This document shows, one piece after another, positions 34,976 to 47,309 of a stretch of DNA of 64,000 nt. Numbering within the stretch: position 1 is the first letter of the stretch; every line of letters begins with the position of its first letter. The stretch spans positions 186,001-250,000 of the forward strand of contig JALAGF010004837.1 in assembly GCA_030167865.1 (NCBI GenBank), written 5' to 3'. This DNA is from Craspedostauros australis. Lineage: Eukaryota. The translations under genes were made by a program, and so were the position numbers. The notes beneath the pieces are model-generated. The model was not told the DNA's origin, did no database searches, and saw only the letters and a program-made list of their open reading frames with translations.

Positions 34976-37900
34976 ATGCAGCACCCCGACGACGGAAACG
35001 GCAACAACAATGGCCACTTCGATGGCAATTACAACAACGGCAACCCTGATGACAATTACGACAACACTGGTTATCGCGACAACTTCGATGGCAACTTCGA
35101 CAACAACTTCGACAATAACTTCGACAACAACCAGAACTACGACCCAAACTACAACCCCAATCCCAACCAAGCAGATCAGTTCTATGATGATGACGGCAAC
35201 GTCAATGTGCACCTGGATGCTCAGATGCACCCCCATGGGCATCCTCACATGAATGTGGGCATGGATCCGCACATGGATCCGCACATGGGCCCCCCAATGG
35301 ATCAGCACATGGGTATGAACCCGAACATGAACATGAACATGGGCCAGCAAATGAATATGGATCAGCACGTGGGCATGAACCCAAACATGAATATGGACCC
35401 GAACATGAACATGAACATGGACCCTGACATGAACATAAACATGGACATCAATGTCAACATGGACCAGGATCCCAACATCGACAGGCTCACGGACGGAGAC
35501 TATGGTGTACCAGTTGGCATCAACGGAGCTGGTGGTGACGCTGGTGTCAGTGGCAACATGAACAGCAACGATGACATGAATGGCGCACCGCACATGGACA
35601 ACGTCAATGACATGAGAAATGTTGATGGTATGGGCATGGATAATGGCAACAACAATGGCAATGGCGATGGCGATGGCCCAAATGGGTACAGCGACGACGC
35701 GAACGGTCACAACGACCCAGTGGAACCTCTCACAGCCAGGGTCACACTCCGGCGTCCCTCCAGCATTCCAGGCCTCAGCTTTGATCGCAACGGTGTTCAG
35801 CAGGAGGAAGATCTACCAGAGAACCTCTATCATATTCTGGAAAGAGCCATCTCGGAGTTTGAAGACTCGTCGTTGGGAGCGGGCACTGCCAACGGCACCG
35901 GCGCATCGACGGTGACACCGACAGCAGCTGCGGCAAAACTATCCTACACGCAAGAGCAGCAACGTCGTAAGGAGGTCGCAGAGAAGACATGGGACACCAT
36001 CCGTTCTTGGTTGTGGAATCACGAAGACTTCGACTTTCGCGCCGCCGCCATACGAACTCTGGGCCAAGACGACATGACGCCATTTCATCTCATGTGCCGT
36101 CTGTTGGATCCACCGACGGACATCCTCTCGGACTTTGTGCGAGTCGAGCCAGACGTCGTCAAGCGGCAGGATACACACGGCTGGCTGCCGATCCACATCG
36201 CAGCGGCCAACGGCGTTTCGACGGGAGTCTTCGAGCTCCTCATCTCCACGTACCCCGAATCCATCGTCAAGCAGGACAAGCAGAATCGAACGCCGCTGCA
36301 TTTCTACGTTTCCCGCAAGTTCGAAAGCCACGTCGCCATGGCCAACAACACGGAACTCCTTGCCAGCACGGGCGCTGCTCAGATGAAGGAGCGCTCTGGG
36401 CTGCTACCGTTGCACTACGCGTGTGTCTACGGAACCTACCCTGTAGTCATACAAAAACTCGTCGATGCGTACTCGGATGGATGCGTCACCAAGGATGGCA
36501 AGGGCCGGACGCCGATGCATCTGGCCATGGTCAACGCGCACCGCAATGCAAATCCCGGCGTCATTGCCGTGCTGCTGGACGGTCCTGGCAAAACAACCAT
36601 CAACGATCGTGATGAGGAAGGCAAGACCCCCCTCCATTCTCTTGCCATCGGGCTTCGTAGCAGCGGAGGTGGCCGGAGTGGAACGGGCATGAGCCTGAGC
36701 ATGCGGAAGCAATCGGCTGCCGCGGCAGCAATGGCAGGAGGGACAGACCACTACCACCCAACCTCAATCTCAGCAGACGGAGATCGCATGAGTCAGGTCG
36801 CCGAATGCTTGCGACTGTATCTGGCAGCGGAGCCACATCCTACGCCGGACTTCCTCACTTCGATACAGCAGCTGCCCGATGAGTTGCAGGATGTTGCTGT
36901 TGTGAGCCCGCACGTTCGCAACATCCTCAACAGAAAGATCGTGCAGCGCTTCCCAACGAGCATCATGATGGCTGATGGTTACTGGTTGCTCATCATCATC
37001 GTTTGCTTTGAAATCACGACGACGAAGGAGATCGATTACCGCATTGGCAATCCCATGAACAACGGCGAACGAGGCGTTATCTTTGGCGGCGATGGGAGCA
37101 ACGAAGATGAACGCACAGGAGAACTCATCGCCTTGTTCATAGGAGCGTTCTACTTCCTGGCACGCGAACTCATTCAGATCGTCTCTCTCGTCAGCTTGGG
37201 CTCCGTCAGTTCCTGGTTCTTCGATCCCGGCAACTGGTTGGACATGGCAGTCATCGTCATGGTGTCGTACTACTCAATCCTCATGGCTGGCGCCTTCGAG
37301 GAGTACGGTGCCGATGAATTCCGCTCCGGCGCGGCTCTCACGAAGCTCGTGCTTTGGATGGCGATTATTTCCTTTCTGAAGAACACCTTGGTGGATTGTG
37401 AGTCGACCAATCATTGTATTGTACTCGCACTGATGTGGTGGCCTCGGTTTCGTCGGCTGATTTCATCTTCTGTATAAATATCGAGATTTCCTTCCACCCC
37501 AAAGCATCATCTTGCGCGCGCTGATTCATTCATGCACTCACTCACTCACCTCGAAATCTATCTACTCTTTCATGGGCACCATTTCATTACTCTATCTATT
37601 CACCGTGCCTTTGATTTTCGACGCGAACCTGGCCAAACCTCAGTCGCTGTGTTTGTGGGTGGAGTATTTTACGTCGTGAGGCGTCTCGTCGCTTTCCTTT
37701 TGGCCGTTGCTGTCATCTTGTTGGCATTCGCACAGGTACGTTCCATCCCATCAATTGTCGCCGGCATTGATTTGTGTGCGTATGTGCATGTATTGCTATT
37801 TGTGAAGAAGAGAACTGCAGATGCATGTCCAGCTTGCACTCACTGGCCCCCTCACTCTCCCTTCCTTGTCTGCCTCGTTTGCTTACCTCTGCCCTGCTTG

Positions 37901-38940
37901 CAAACCTCATTATCGATCGATCGAACGATTCACCCATCTTTCGACAACAGATGTTCTTCTTCATCTACAGCCAACGGGATGTCTGCCGACAAAATCCTGC
38001 GGACGATTTCGAATACGCAGCGGAGTACGGCTTCGAGCCGTGCAGCTTCCCACACTGCACGTTCGAAGACTCTCTTCTGAAGGTGTACACCATGATGATG
38101 GGAGAGATCGGCACCGAATCTCGCTACGATGACGTCCCAGTGGCACAGATCCTGTACTTCTTCTACGCCTTCTTGGTCGTCCTCCTCCTGTCCAACGTGC
38201 TGATCGCGATCGTTACGGACAACTACGAAATCATCCAGAACGACCGAGCTGCCATCGTGTTCTGGTCGAATCGATTGGACTTCGTCGCTGAGATGGATGG
38301 CATCGCATCTGTGATCAACAAACGTTTCTGTTGCCAAAAGAAAACACGCGAGCCACCGGCGCAGGAGGAGCCATTCAACCGCACGAACAGCAGATACGGA
38401 ACAACAACATCGCGGGAATACCTCGATTCAACTGCATCAGATGGTGCCACCGGCACCGGGGGTGGGGGCAGCACGGATTCGAAAGAATACTTCCGAGAAG
38501 GATGGAAGCAAATCACGGATCTCTTCGAGTCCAACTTCTACGATGATATCGACCTCAGCCCAAGCAGCATCGAGTTCTGGTGCTACCTGTGCTACCAAGG
38601 GTTTGCGATCCTGGTCCTCATCCCCGGTTGGCTTGCGGCTGGTCTAGTGAGCTTCGGCTTGCTGTGGCCGCCACAGATCCGAGAATACCTCTTCGTTCAG
38701 AAGGAGACGGTGGTTTCCCGTGCCGAGCTGGAGCGTCACAAGCTGGACCAGCTGCGCGAGATCCAATCGAGCATCAACAAGCTCAAGTCCGATGTCCGCC
38801 GCGAGATGGCGGGCGATCGAAGCGAGATGATCCGAATGAAGGCAGAAGTCGAGGCTGTGCAGAGCGAGGTGCTCAGCGACCTTCAGCAGATCAAGGAGCT
38901 CATGCGGACGCTCTTGGGAAGTCCGGATCAGAACACATAA
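34976..38940 (+). CDS. Ankyrin-repeat TRP-like cation channel, about 1167 aa. Exons 34976..37397, 37644..37735, 37951..38940.
   Basis: Ankyrin repeats (TPFHLMC, GWLPIHIAA, RTPLHF, GLLPLHYAC, GRTPMHLA, GKTPLHSL); S2 RELIQI, S3 DPGNWLD, pore helix SLLKVYTMMMGE, S6 FLVVLLLSNVLIAIVTDNY; terminal coiled coil. Introns 37398..37643 and 37736..37950 keep frame. Confidence 0.88.
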
Positions 38941-38958
38941 AATACCCAAAACGATCTG

Positions 38959-38961
<3 letters not shown>

Positions 38962-39003
<42 letters not shown>

Positions 39004-39012
39004 CAGAGAGAG
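38962..39012. repeat. (GA)n microsatellite just 3' of the channel stop codon
   Basis: 18 perfect GA units at 38962..38997 followed by a GACA-interrupted extension. Confidence 0.95.
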
Positions 39013-39625
39013 TGGTCATACTAGTAGATGTGAACAAGGAGCAAGGAGCGAGCATGAGAGCCAAGCATCAGAGGCCCACTTGTACTACGCAGTGCGGTAC
39101 CTGGACAGGCAGCTTTTGCGACAAGCTCTGATTGGTTGTGTCCATTTGAATTGAACAGTAGGCTCCCTGTGATGGCAAAAAGGAGCACTTTATCTTGGTA
39201 CTCGCACATGTAATATTACACTCAGCTTCGTAATGTAGCTCGTTCGTACGTATGAAGACACCAGTCAACCTATTTGTTTTCATCCCAAGGAGGGTACTCT
39301 GGTGCTTCGGAATGAAGCTGATGTTGATGACAGCGAACGGCAGTCAACGAAGTCGACTGCGCCGGCAAGTTCTCCCAAAGCTCAGGAACATGATACAACC
39401 CAGCACAGCTTGAACTATTGTTCGTACGAGCACTAGCAGCGAGTACTTTCCAGAGTGAGCTTGTCGTCGCCATAATTATCGTCAACAGCCATGACGACCA
39501 AGGGAGTATCGCGTTGGTGTATGGGTATGCGAGCACTCTACACTCAAACAGTATGTGCATACTGGAACTAGTAGTTATGCATTGCAAAATCCGGCACCAT
39601 CCCAATCTCCGAGCTATCTTGTTCT

Positions 39626-41446
39626 TCACAGCTTCGACTGGAGAATTGGTTGCGTAGTTCTATCGCTCGTCCCGAGATCCACTTGGTCTGATGAGTCCGC
39701 GTAGGTGTGGCCATTCAATTGGCCCTCTGCTCTCAGCTGAAGGATTGCATCTACGAAGTCCACAACCGCGACATCGGACCACGATTTGACGTGCAGGGGA
39801 CTATCGCCTTGCAAGGTCTCGAACCATCCGAGGTGCCCACCACTGCGCGTCTCCACAGATAAGACGTTTGGGTTGGCAAGCGTGTAGCACATCTTCATCT
39901 GGGTGGACTTATGGCAGATCATGTCATCTTCAGCATCGAGCGTGAGCAAAGGAACGGGAATGTGCCGGATGTGTCGGTAGCTGCTGCTGTCCAGCCAGTA
40001 CCGCAGATTGTTCTTGAAGCCGATCCTGAGCGAGTAGGGATAGAACGGGGCGTTGCGCAGTGCGATTGGAGCAATGTGGTCATCGAACTCGTGCGTGTCT
40101 AGCGCCATCAGACATCGACGGATCTGGGATTGGAAGTGCTGATCCTTCATTTTGGAGATAGCCCTCACGTTTTCCAACACCAACTTCTTCAACCCCATCG
40201 ATATGCCTGCGCTGACGTGAAATGGGATGACGCCGGAATGGACCTTCTTTGGATTTCCCAAGCTGATCGCACCGGCAACGCATTTGGGCATCGTCCCGCT
40301 CATGCCTTCCTCGCCCAAATACTTGGTCATGATGTTGGCGCCGAGGGAATGGCCTGCAAGGAAGATGGGGACGTTGTCCCCCAGACGTTGCTGCATTTGC
40401 AGCACGATGTTACGCACGTCGCCGGTGTATGATGCATTGTAGGCTCTGGGCGTCGTCATCTCCACGCCACCCGTGCCACGAAAGTTGACGCCGCCAGCGA
40501 GCCAACCCTTGCTGGCGCAGGCCTGCATCAACCTCTTCATGTACGCGAAGCTCGCGTCGTTGTTGACGCCGTGCATGATGAGCATCACCGGCCGTGTGAT
40601 GGGTCCGTTTTGAATTTCATCTTTCAATTGTTCATCGAGCTCTGCGTCGGTTTCAGATCCCGCCGCGGCGTCGCCCGACCTGCGTCGTACTTCCCAATCA
40701 ATCCCCAACTTCCCATTGTCGTACGTCATCGTGAAGGTTTCACGAAAGTGCAGGTGATCCATGTTTGGTGCGGCCGCGGGTTGAACATATGCAGCCAAGC
40801 TGGAGACCAGGCCTCTGGTGCCAACGAAGAGCGCCGGTTGCATCGGTCTCGAAAGGATCGACCCAGGCGTCTTGGTGAGGATCTGATGGATCTTGGTGAT
40901 GACGCCGCTCGAATGGACTTGGCCGTACACCTTCGGCGTTTGCGTCAACGATTTTTGGAGGTGCACTTCGTGTGCTGTGATTGCGGATGCCACTGCCGCA
41001 ACGAGGAGGGCCCGCCCCGATGTCGAGGTCGGGAAGTTCTCGGACGCGAATGACAGCATTGCTAGAGCCAGAGTTTTAATCTTCTGCAGAGGATCTTGGT
41101 TCTTGACGTTGTTGACATCGTTGACATCATTGACATCGTTGTGGTCACTGTCGTGAACGGTGGCCTCACCTTCATCAACATCGGCTGGAACTGCTGGAGG
41201 CACATCCGCAGCGTTGGCCGTTCTTTGCATCCCATCATCCTTCGAATGCAGCAAAGTAGTATCGGCACTCGATGGATCGATGTGCTTTCGATCTGCAACA
41301 CCAACACCAACACCAACACCAACACCGGCATCGACATCGGCAATGCTCACGCTGTCGTCGGTTTTGTTTTTGAGACTGATAACGTCTTTCCCTTTCTCAT
41401 CCCCCTCAACCGACTGGATCGGCACCTCGCATCCCGTCTCTCCCAT
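39626..41446 (-). CDS. Alpha/beta hydrolase of the ABHD1/3 / YheT-like family, ending in SKL
   Basis: MHGVNND oxyanion region, NFRGTGG...TTPRAYNASYTGD, nucleophile GHSLGAN, acid in AEDDMIC, His in GGHLGW. First in-frame ATG is at 41446. Confidence 0.9.
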   Translation of the reverse strand: MGETGCEVPIQSVEGDEKGKDVISLKNKTDDSVSIADVDAGVGVGVGVGVADRKHIDPSSADTTLLHSKDDGMQRTANAADVPPAVPADVDEGEATVHDSDHNDVNDVNDVNNVKNQDPLQKIKTLALAMLSFASENFPTSTSGRALLVAAVASAITAHEVHLQKSLTQTPKVYGQVHSSGVITKIHQILTKTPGSILSRPMQPALFVGTRGLVSSLAAYVQPAAAPNMDHLHFRETFTMTYDNGKLGIDWEVRRRSGDAAAGSETDAELDEQLKDEIQNGPITRPVMLIMHGVNNDASFAYMKRLMQACASKGWLAGGVNFRGTGGVEMTTPRAYNASYTGDVRNIVLQMQQRLGDNVPIFLAGHSLGANIMTKYLGEEGMSGTMPKCVAGAISLGNPKKVHSGVIPFHVSAGISMGLKKLVLENVRAISKMKDQHFQSQIRRCLMALDTHEFDDHIAPIALRNAPFYPYSLRIGFKNNLRYWLDSSSYRHIRHIPVPLLTLDAEDDMICHKSTQMKMCYTLANPNVLSVETRSGGHLGWFETLQGDSPLHVKSWSDVAVVDFVDAILQLRAEGQLNGHTYADSSDQVDLGTSDRTTQPILQSKL

Positions 41447-42187
41447 GGCGCAGCTTGATCTGATGTGACTTGATGGGCTGGAATGATCGGAGCTCAGCTT
41501 GGAATGCCCTCTCCTCAAGATATATGCAGTGCTTGAGTGTTGGTGGTACCCGACTGGTATTCTGCGTCGTATCTTGTGTCTGTATTAGGTCGTACTATAC
41601 TCTGACGAGTGTGGGCAGTCCGGGTGCAGACAGAGATGGACTAATCACGAGGGACACGTACTCGTTCTTGTGCAAACAACTGCAGGTTCGTCAGACAGAT
41701 GCAAAGCGAAGGTGCTGGTTTCTGTCTGCGGCCTCGAATGTTTCGTCCAAACAAAGAAGAAAGTCGTCACCTTTGCGGTCTGAAGTTGTGACGCCCTCGT
41801 ATTTGGCAGTCACAGGCGACAAAGCAGACGTCATTCAAACAGAGTAAATCTTTGTTCTCGTGGTGGAAGCTGCGGAACCATACAATATATTTCTGTATTG
41901 ATGTCGATTAAGTCCATTGAGTCAACCAATCGTGGAAGATGGACAAAGAACGATGGAGATCTCCGCAACAGAAACACACGACACGTTCTGGATTTCCCAC
42001 CATGACGTCCATCTGCAACGTGTCTGGGAAAACGAGCGGCGCCCAACCTCTTTGCGTGCGGTCAAGGACAGAGAAAACGCGCCTGATCCGATGCAAGGAC
42101 AACGGAAGGGCACAATTACACACTCCACCTCACACCCTCGGTTCTAACATAACATTATATTCTATAATACAATACATCCAACGAACC

Positions 42188-45100
42188 ATGGAGAGCATCC
42201 AACAACTAGCATCCACCTGCCGCGTGGCCGGGCATTCGGACAAGGTGATCCACTCCGAGTGCGTCTTCACCTTCCACTCTCCGTACACGACGGACGAGGG
42301 GATCCTGGTCAACCTGGAGACCTTCGTGGGAACGATCCAGAGCCTTGCCTTGTCCACCGTGTCGAAGGACAAGGCGCTGTTCCTGCGCATCGTCAAGAAG
42401 CGCGTGGAACGTGCTGTGGATGATAGCGAGGCGGACGAGAAGGCGAACAAACCGACGAAGCTCGCCATCGGGGTGGAGGGCGGATTCGCCACCGACGATG
42501 ACAAGTACGAGACAGTCAGCACGTACTCGATCGTGGTTTTGGAGAAGCCCGACAAGGTAGCCGCGGAGGTTGCCTACAGCGAGGACAGCAAGAGCTCCTT
42601 CCCGGAGGAGGTGGTCAAATCTGCCGAATCGGTGATCAACCACGCTGGCCTCGCAGTGCAGCAGGATCTCACGGCGTGGCAGGATGACGAAGAGATTCCA
42701 GTCTCGAAGTACTACAAGGACCTGGAGTTCGTGGACAACGGCATCAAGATCTCGCCTGATCCAAAGGCGTGGAAATGCGAGAAGAGCGGCGACACGGAGA
42801 ATCTGTGGCTCAACCTCAGCGACGGCTACATCGGCGGCGGTCGCAAGAACTGGGACGGCTCGGGCGGTTCCAACGGTGCGCTTGATCATTACAACGAGAC
42901 TGGTGACAAGTACCCGCTCGTTGTCAAGCTGGGGACTATCTCCGCCGATTCGACCGGTGTCAACGCCGACTGCTACTCCTACTCCAAAGACGAGGATGGC
43001 CCAGTAAAGATTCCCAACCTGGCGGAGCTGCTGTCAAAACGCGGCATCGAAGTGGCCACGCTGCAGAAGACTGCCAAGTCGACCGCAGAATTGGAAGTGG
43101 AGCTCAATGCTGTAAGTTTTCCGATGCATATGTCTCCATCATGCGTTGCACACAACCGCTGTACTATACAAGCATTGCATGTTGTTGTGGATGGCGCAGC
43201 AGCATTCGTCTCCATGCCACGGATATGTACGAAGTTGACGATGCGACAGATCCTCACATGTTGCTTTCTTGTTCACACTGACATTGCGTTTCGTCATTTC
43301 TCCACATTCGTAATTGTTTGAACCGTTCCCTCCGTTGCATCCATTCGTCATTGCTTCTCATCACATGGCATTCTTACGTCCATGCAAATAAACTCATTTC
43401 ACCTCACCGCTCGCTTCAGAACTATGCATTTGATGCAATCACCGAGGCCGGTTCCAAGCTCATCCCTGTATCTGGTGCTTCGAAGCAAGGATTGCAGAAC
43501 CTTGGCAACTCCTGCTACCTCAACTCTGTCGTCCAGTTGCTTTGTACTTTGCCCGATTTCGCAGAGCGATACGGCACAACGGATGGAGGGAGCCTGACCG
43601 GAAGCAAATTCCAGGAGGGATGCACCCCTCGCAATGCTATCTCCAACATCCTCGTGCAAACCACCAAACTGGCGCGTGCGCTGACTAGTGGGGCATTCGC
43701 GATTCCCGCCGATGAGCTGAATTCGGAGACGCCGACCGATCCAAAGTACAGACTCGCGCCACGCATGTTCAAGCATCTGATTGGGGAGAATCATGTGGAC
43801 TTTCGAACAGGTCAGCAGCAGGATGCCGCCCATTTCCTGCAGTACCTGCTCGAGCAGATCGACCGAGCGGAGATGAAGTTCGACAAGGACATGACGACCA
43901 CATCCAATCTGTTCGCCTTCAAGACAGAGTCCAGAATCACTTGCTCAACTGACGGCAAGCTGAAGTACAAGGAGAGCGCAGCAGAGAGCATCTGGTCGCT
44001 GCGGTTGCCAATGGACAAAGCCAAGGTGATCCCCAACGCTGACGACGAACCGGAACTCAAGAAGCTCAAGCAGGAGGAAGAGGGCGGCGACGAGGACAAG
44101 CCAGTCCCGCACCTTGCTCTGATGGACTGCATCGACTCATGGGCGGCCGACACTGCGCTCGATGACTTGCGATGGCCTCACCTGGGAAATGCGGTGCATC
44201 CATCAAGCCAGCGCCTGCGTTTCAAGACGTTCCCAAAGTACTTGTGGGTGCAAACTCAGCGATACGAGTTGGCTCCCAACTGGCAACCAGTGAAGATCGA
44301 GGTGGAGTTGGATATCCCAGATGAGATCGACCTGAACAAATACAGAGGGCATGGTCCGCAGGACGGTGAGGATGTGCTGGCGGAAGAAGACGAGGCGAAG
44401 ACCGCAGCAGCCGCACCTGCCATCAGCGAGGCCGCCGTGGGGCAGCTCATGGACATGGGCTTCAGCATGAATGGGTGCAAACGTGCGCTGACGGCCGTTG
44501 GCGGAAGCGACGTCGAGAGTGCGATGACCTGGATCTTTGAGCACAACACGGATCCTGACTTCAACGATCCATTGCCCGAAGGCGACGCGAGTGGCGGTGC
44601 AGCTGCTTCTGCCGCCGCTGGAGCATCAGATGGCGCAGACGACGCCATGGTAATGTCGCTTGTCGCGAGTTTGGGATGCTTCACCATCGATCAAGTCCGG
44701 GCTGCGCTGAAGCAAACCAATGGAGCGGCTGACCGTGCCGCCGACTGGCTCTTCTCGCACATGGATGATCTTGATGCTGCCGTTGCATCCGTGTCTGCAT
44801 CAGCCCCCGAAAGCGCACCCAAATCCGAAGCGACACTTGACGACGGCGACGGCAAATATCGTCTGCTTGGAATGTAAGTGTGCTTGTGTATGCGCAAGCG
44901 CATGGGTATATACTGTTTGCATGTATCGTTGCAGGCGATTGTTGCGGGCGTGCTGGCTGCTCTCCTTCAAGAGTATACTACGAGTACAAGTGCATGCGGC
45001 CTTTTAGCTGTACTCTGATGCACTTCCGAAGATGCGTTGACGTTTATATTCAGACTCGTACTCACTCGCAATCGCCTTTCCTCACTCTTGCGCATGATAT

Positions 45101-45302
45101 TTCAAACATTACGTACCCACCTTCATGAAACTTTAGGATTTCTCACATTGGCAAGTCTACGGCAAGCGGACACTACGTGGCGCACATCAAGAAGGAAGGC
45201 AAGTGGGTGATCTTCAACGATGAGAAGGTCGCAGTGTCCGAGAATCCACCTCTTCCTCACGCATACCTGTACCTCTTCGAGCGCGCCGCAGGGTCCTCTT
45301 GA
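42188..45302 (+). CDS. UBP14: Ubiquitin carboxyl-terminal hydrolase USP5/USP13 (Ubp14) family, about 847 aa. Exons 42188..43111, 43420..44873, 45137..45302.
   Basis: ZnF-UBP-like domain ([19 protein letters not shown]), Cys box [23 protein letters not shown] and two UBA domains. A third exon absent from the ORF track supplies the His box: [31 protein letters not shown]...AYLYLFER, stop TGA at 45300..45302. Confidence 0.95.
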
Positions 45303-45715
45303 GCATGGCGCGCTGGCTGCAATTGATTTGTGTCGTGGGACGCCTTAGCGAGACGTGGATGGTGCAAATTGATCCATTCTGTACGTGATTGAACCAGGAG
45401 AGGCGTGCTACGAATAGCATACTAAACGATAAAGCACCAGCAAGGGAATCCTAACGAAGGTGAGCAGACCATCGCATGCGATCGCGGGAACAGTACTTAT
45501 GTTCAAAAGCATTGAGGTGCTGGTAGAAGGACTTGAGCAACTTACGTAGCACACTTTGGTTGTTTGGACACAACGAGTATCCTTGGACATCGCGATTGTC
45601 GCGACACAGGCAAAGCATTGTGCTGCAGAGTATCTGCAGACAGAATATGGCGATGGAGAATGAATGAATGAGTGAATGGATAGATGAATGGCTTGCTGAT
45701 CTCTATTGTCTCCGT

Positions 45716-46603
45716 TCATCCCTTCTGAGCCGAACATTCTCCTTCGCCATTTGAAGTTGGAAGAGATTCAGGCGCGAACCTCGATGTCTTTGGTCCTGTG
45801 TAGAACTTGGTCTTGCCATCCCCAAAGTTGTTCCATGGCACAGTAGTGGTTCCCAACTCGGACATGTGCGCGGTGTGTCCATTGAGGCTGCCGGGAGCAT
45901 CGTGCGGATCTATGGTCCACGTCTCCGTCTCCGATGTCCGGGTGAAGCCGTAGATCGAACACGGAGCGGCGGGCGTGATGTTCTGCAAGGGTTGGCCGCT
46001 CAACGCGGCGCTCATGGCGACGCAGCCGGCAGCATGACTCACGATGACGATGGCCTTGTTGGGGTTGAATGCGTACCGCTGATTCAGCAGCTTCGCCGTC
46101 TTCTGACATCTCATCATGAAATCGGCTCGCGGTTCGGGAAGCTGCGGGACGAAGAGGCTTTCGTGCGTAATGTCCAATCTGGGAAAGTAATGCGTGCGCT
46201 CCTCCAGCGAGGGCAGATCCTTGTGCCACTCCCCGCCATGTCCATCCCACTCGAAGACGGAGTACTCCGGAAGGATGGGCAACGTCGCGACGTCGGTCAT
46301 GCGGAAGGCGTTGAGGGCCTCGTTGGATGTTTGGATGCAGCGCAGGAAGGGGCTGCTGAGCCAGGTGATGTCGTCGATGCCGCGTTCGGCGAGGTAGGCA
46401 TCGAGGAAGAGGCCGACCTCTCTGGCTTGCTGGTGTCCGAGCGTGCTCAAGGGCGAGTCGCCCTTGCGTGCCTTCTCCTTCAGCTTCCAATCAGGGTTGG
46501 AGTAGTCCCACCGATCGCCATGTCGCACGATGAACAGATGCTGCGTCTCGGCATCGCCAGATCCTGGCCCGTTTTGCTGAGGTTCTTCTGTGCCTGCCGT
46601 CAT
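45716..46603 (-). CDS. Histidine phosphatase superfamily (phosphoglycerate mutase-like) protein
   Basis: LFIVRHGDRWD (RHG motif), DSPLSTLGHQQA, SSPFLRCIQT and IVIVSHAAG. First ATG is at 46603. Confidence 0.9.
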   Translation of the reverse strand: MTAGTEEPQQNGPGSGDAETQHLFIVRHGDRWDYSNPDWKLKEKARKGDSPLSTLGHQQAREVGLFLDAYLAERGIDDITWLSSPFLRCIQTSNEALNAFRMTDVATLPILPEYSVFEWDGHGGEWHKDLPSLEERTHYFPRLDITHESLFVPQLPEPRADFMMRCQKTAKLLNQRYAFNPNKAIVIVSHAAGCVAMSAALSGQPLQNITPAAPCSIYGFTRTSETETWTIDPHDAPGSLNGHTAHMSELGTTTVPWNNFGDGKTKFYTGPKTSRFAPESLPTSNGEGECSAQKG

Positions 46604-47309
46604 GTTCAGCTTCCGTTGGCTGTCTCTCACTCTCACTCACTCTCTCTACGTGTGTTCGATTACGTTACTTGCTATTGTCTTGCTTGTGTTTCTATAATAC
46701 AATACTATGTTCGGTTGTGACGTTCTTTGGTCACTCGCTGACTCGCAGACTTGGTTGGTTGCTTTCTTGGTCTGTTCGTGCTTTGGTTTCTCTTTGTTTG
46801 CACGCTTGTGTCTGTGCGGCATCATGGTCGTTTTTGTTCGTGGTGGATGGAACGAGTTTGATGGGCATTGGCACAGTCCTGTTTTTTGGCGGCACGTTGA
46901 CACGATGGACCCGAAGAGTTGTCGTCGCCACTTCAAGTCGTGTGCTGTAACCAAGAAACGAAGTGCGCGGGACACATCACCAAACGAGACAAGTCACCAT
47001 GGATAATGGCTGTTTCGTGACTCGTGGACCTGTCCGCAGAGCGGAATGCGCTTAGCCTACATGATGGGGTGCTCGAAGAGTGATGTGTTGGTTTGAATGA
47101 TAGAGATCGCCACGAGTAGAGAGCAGACTTGGTTCACAGATATTTAGAGTGTCGAGGCAGACGTGCATGGAGGATGCTGCATTACTCTACATTACATTCC
47201 ATTCATACAAGCATACTACACAGTTGTATGATACGAGTACGAGTACAAGTGCGTGAGTGCACGTACATACGTACTCGCAATGCGATGGAGAGGACTTGAA
47301 GACCAACGC

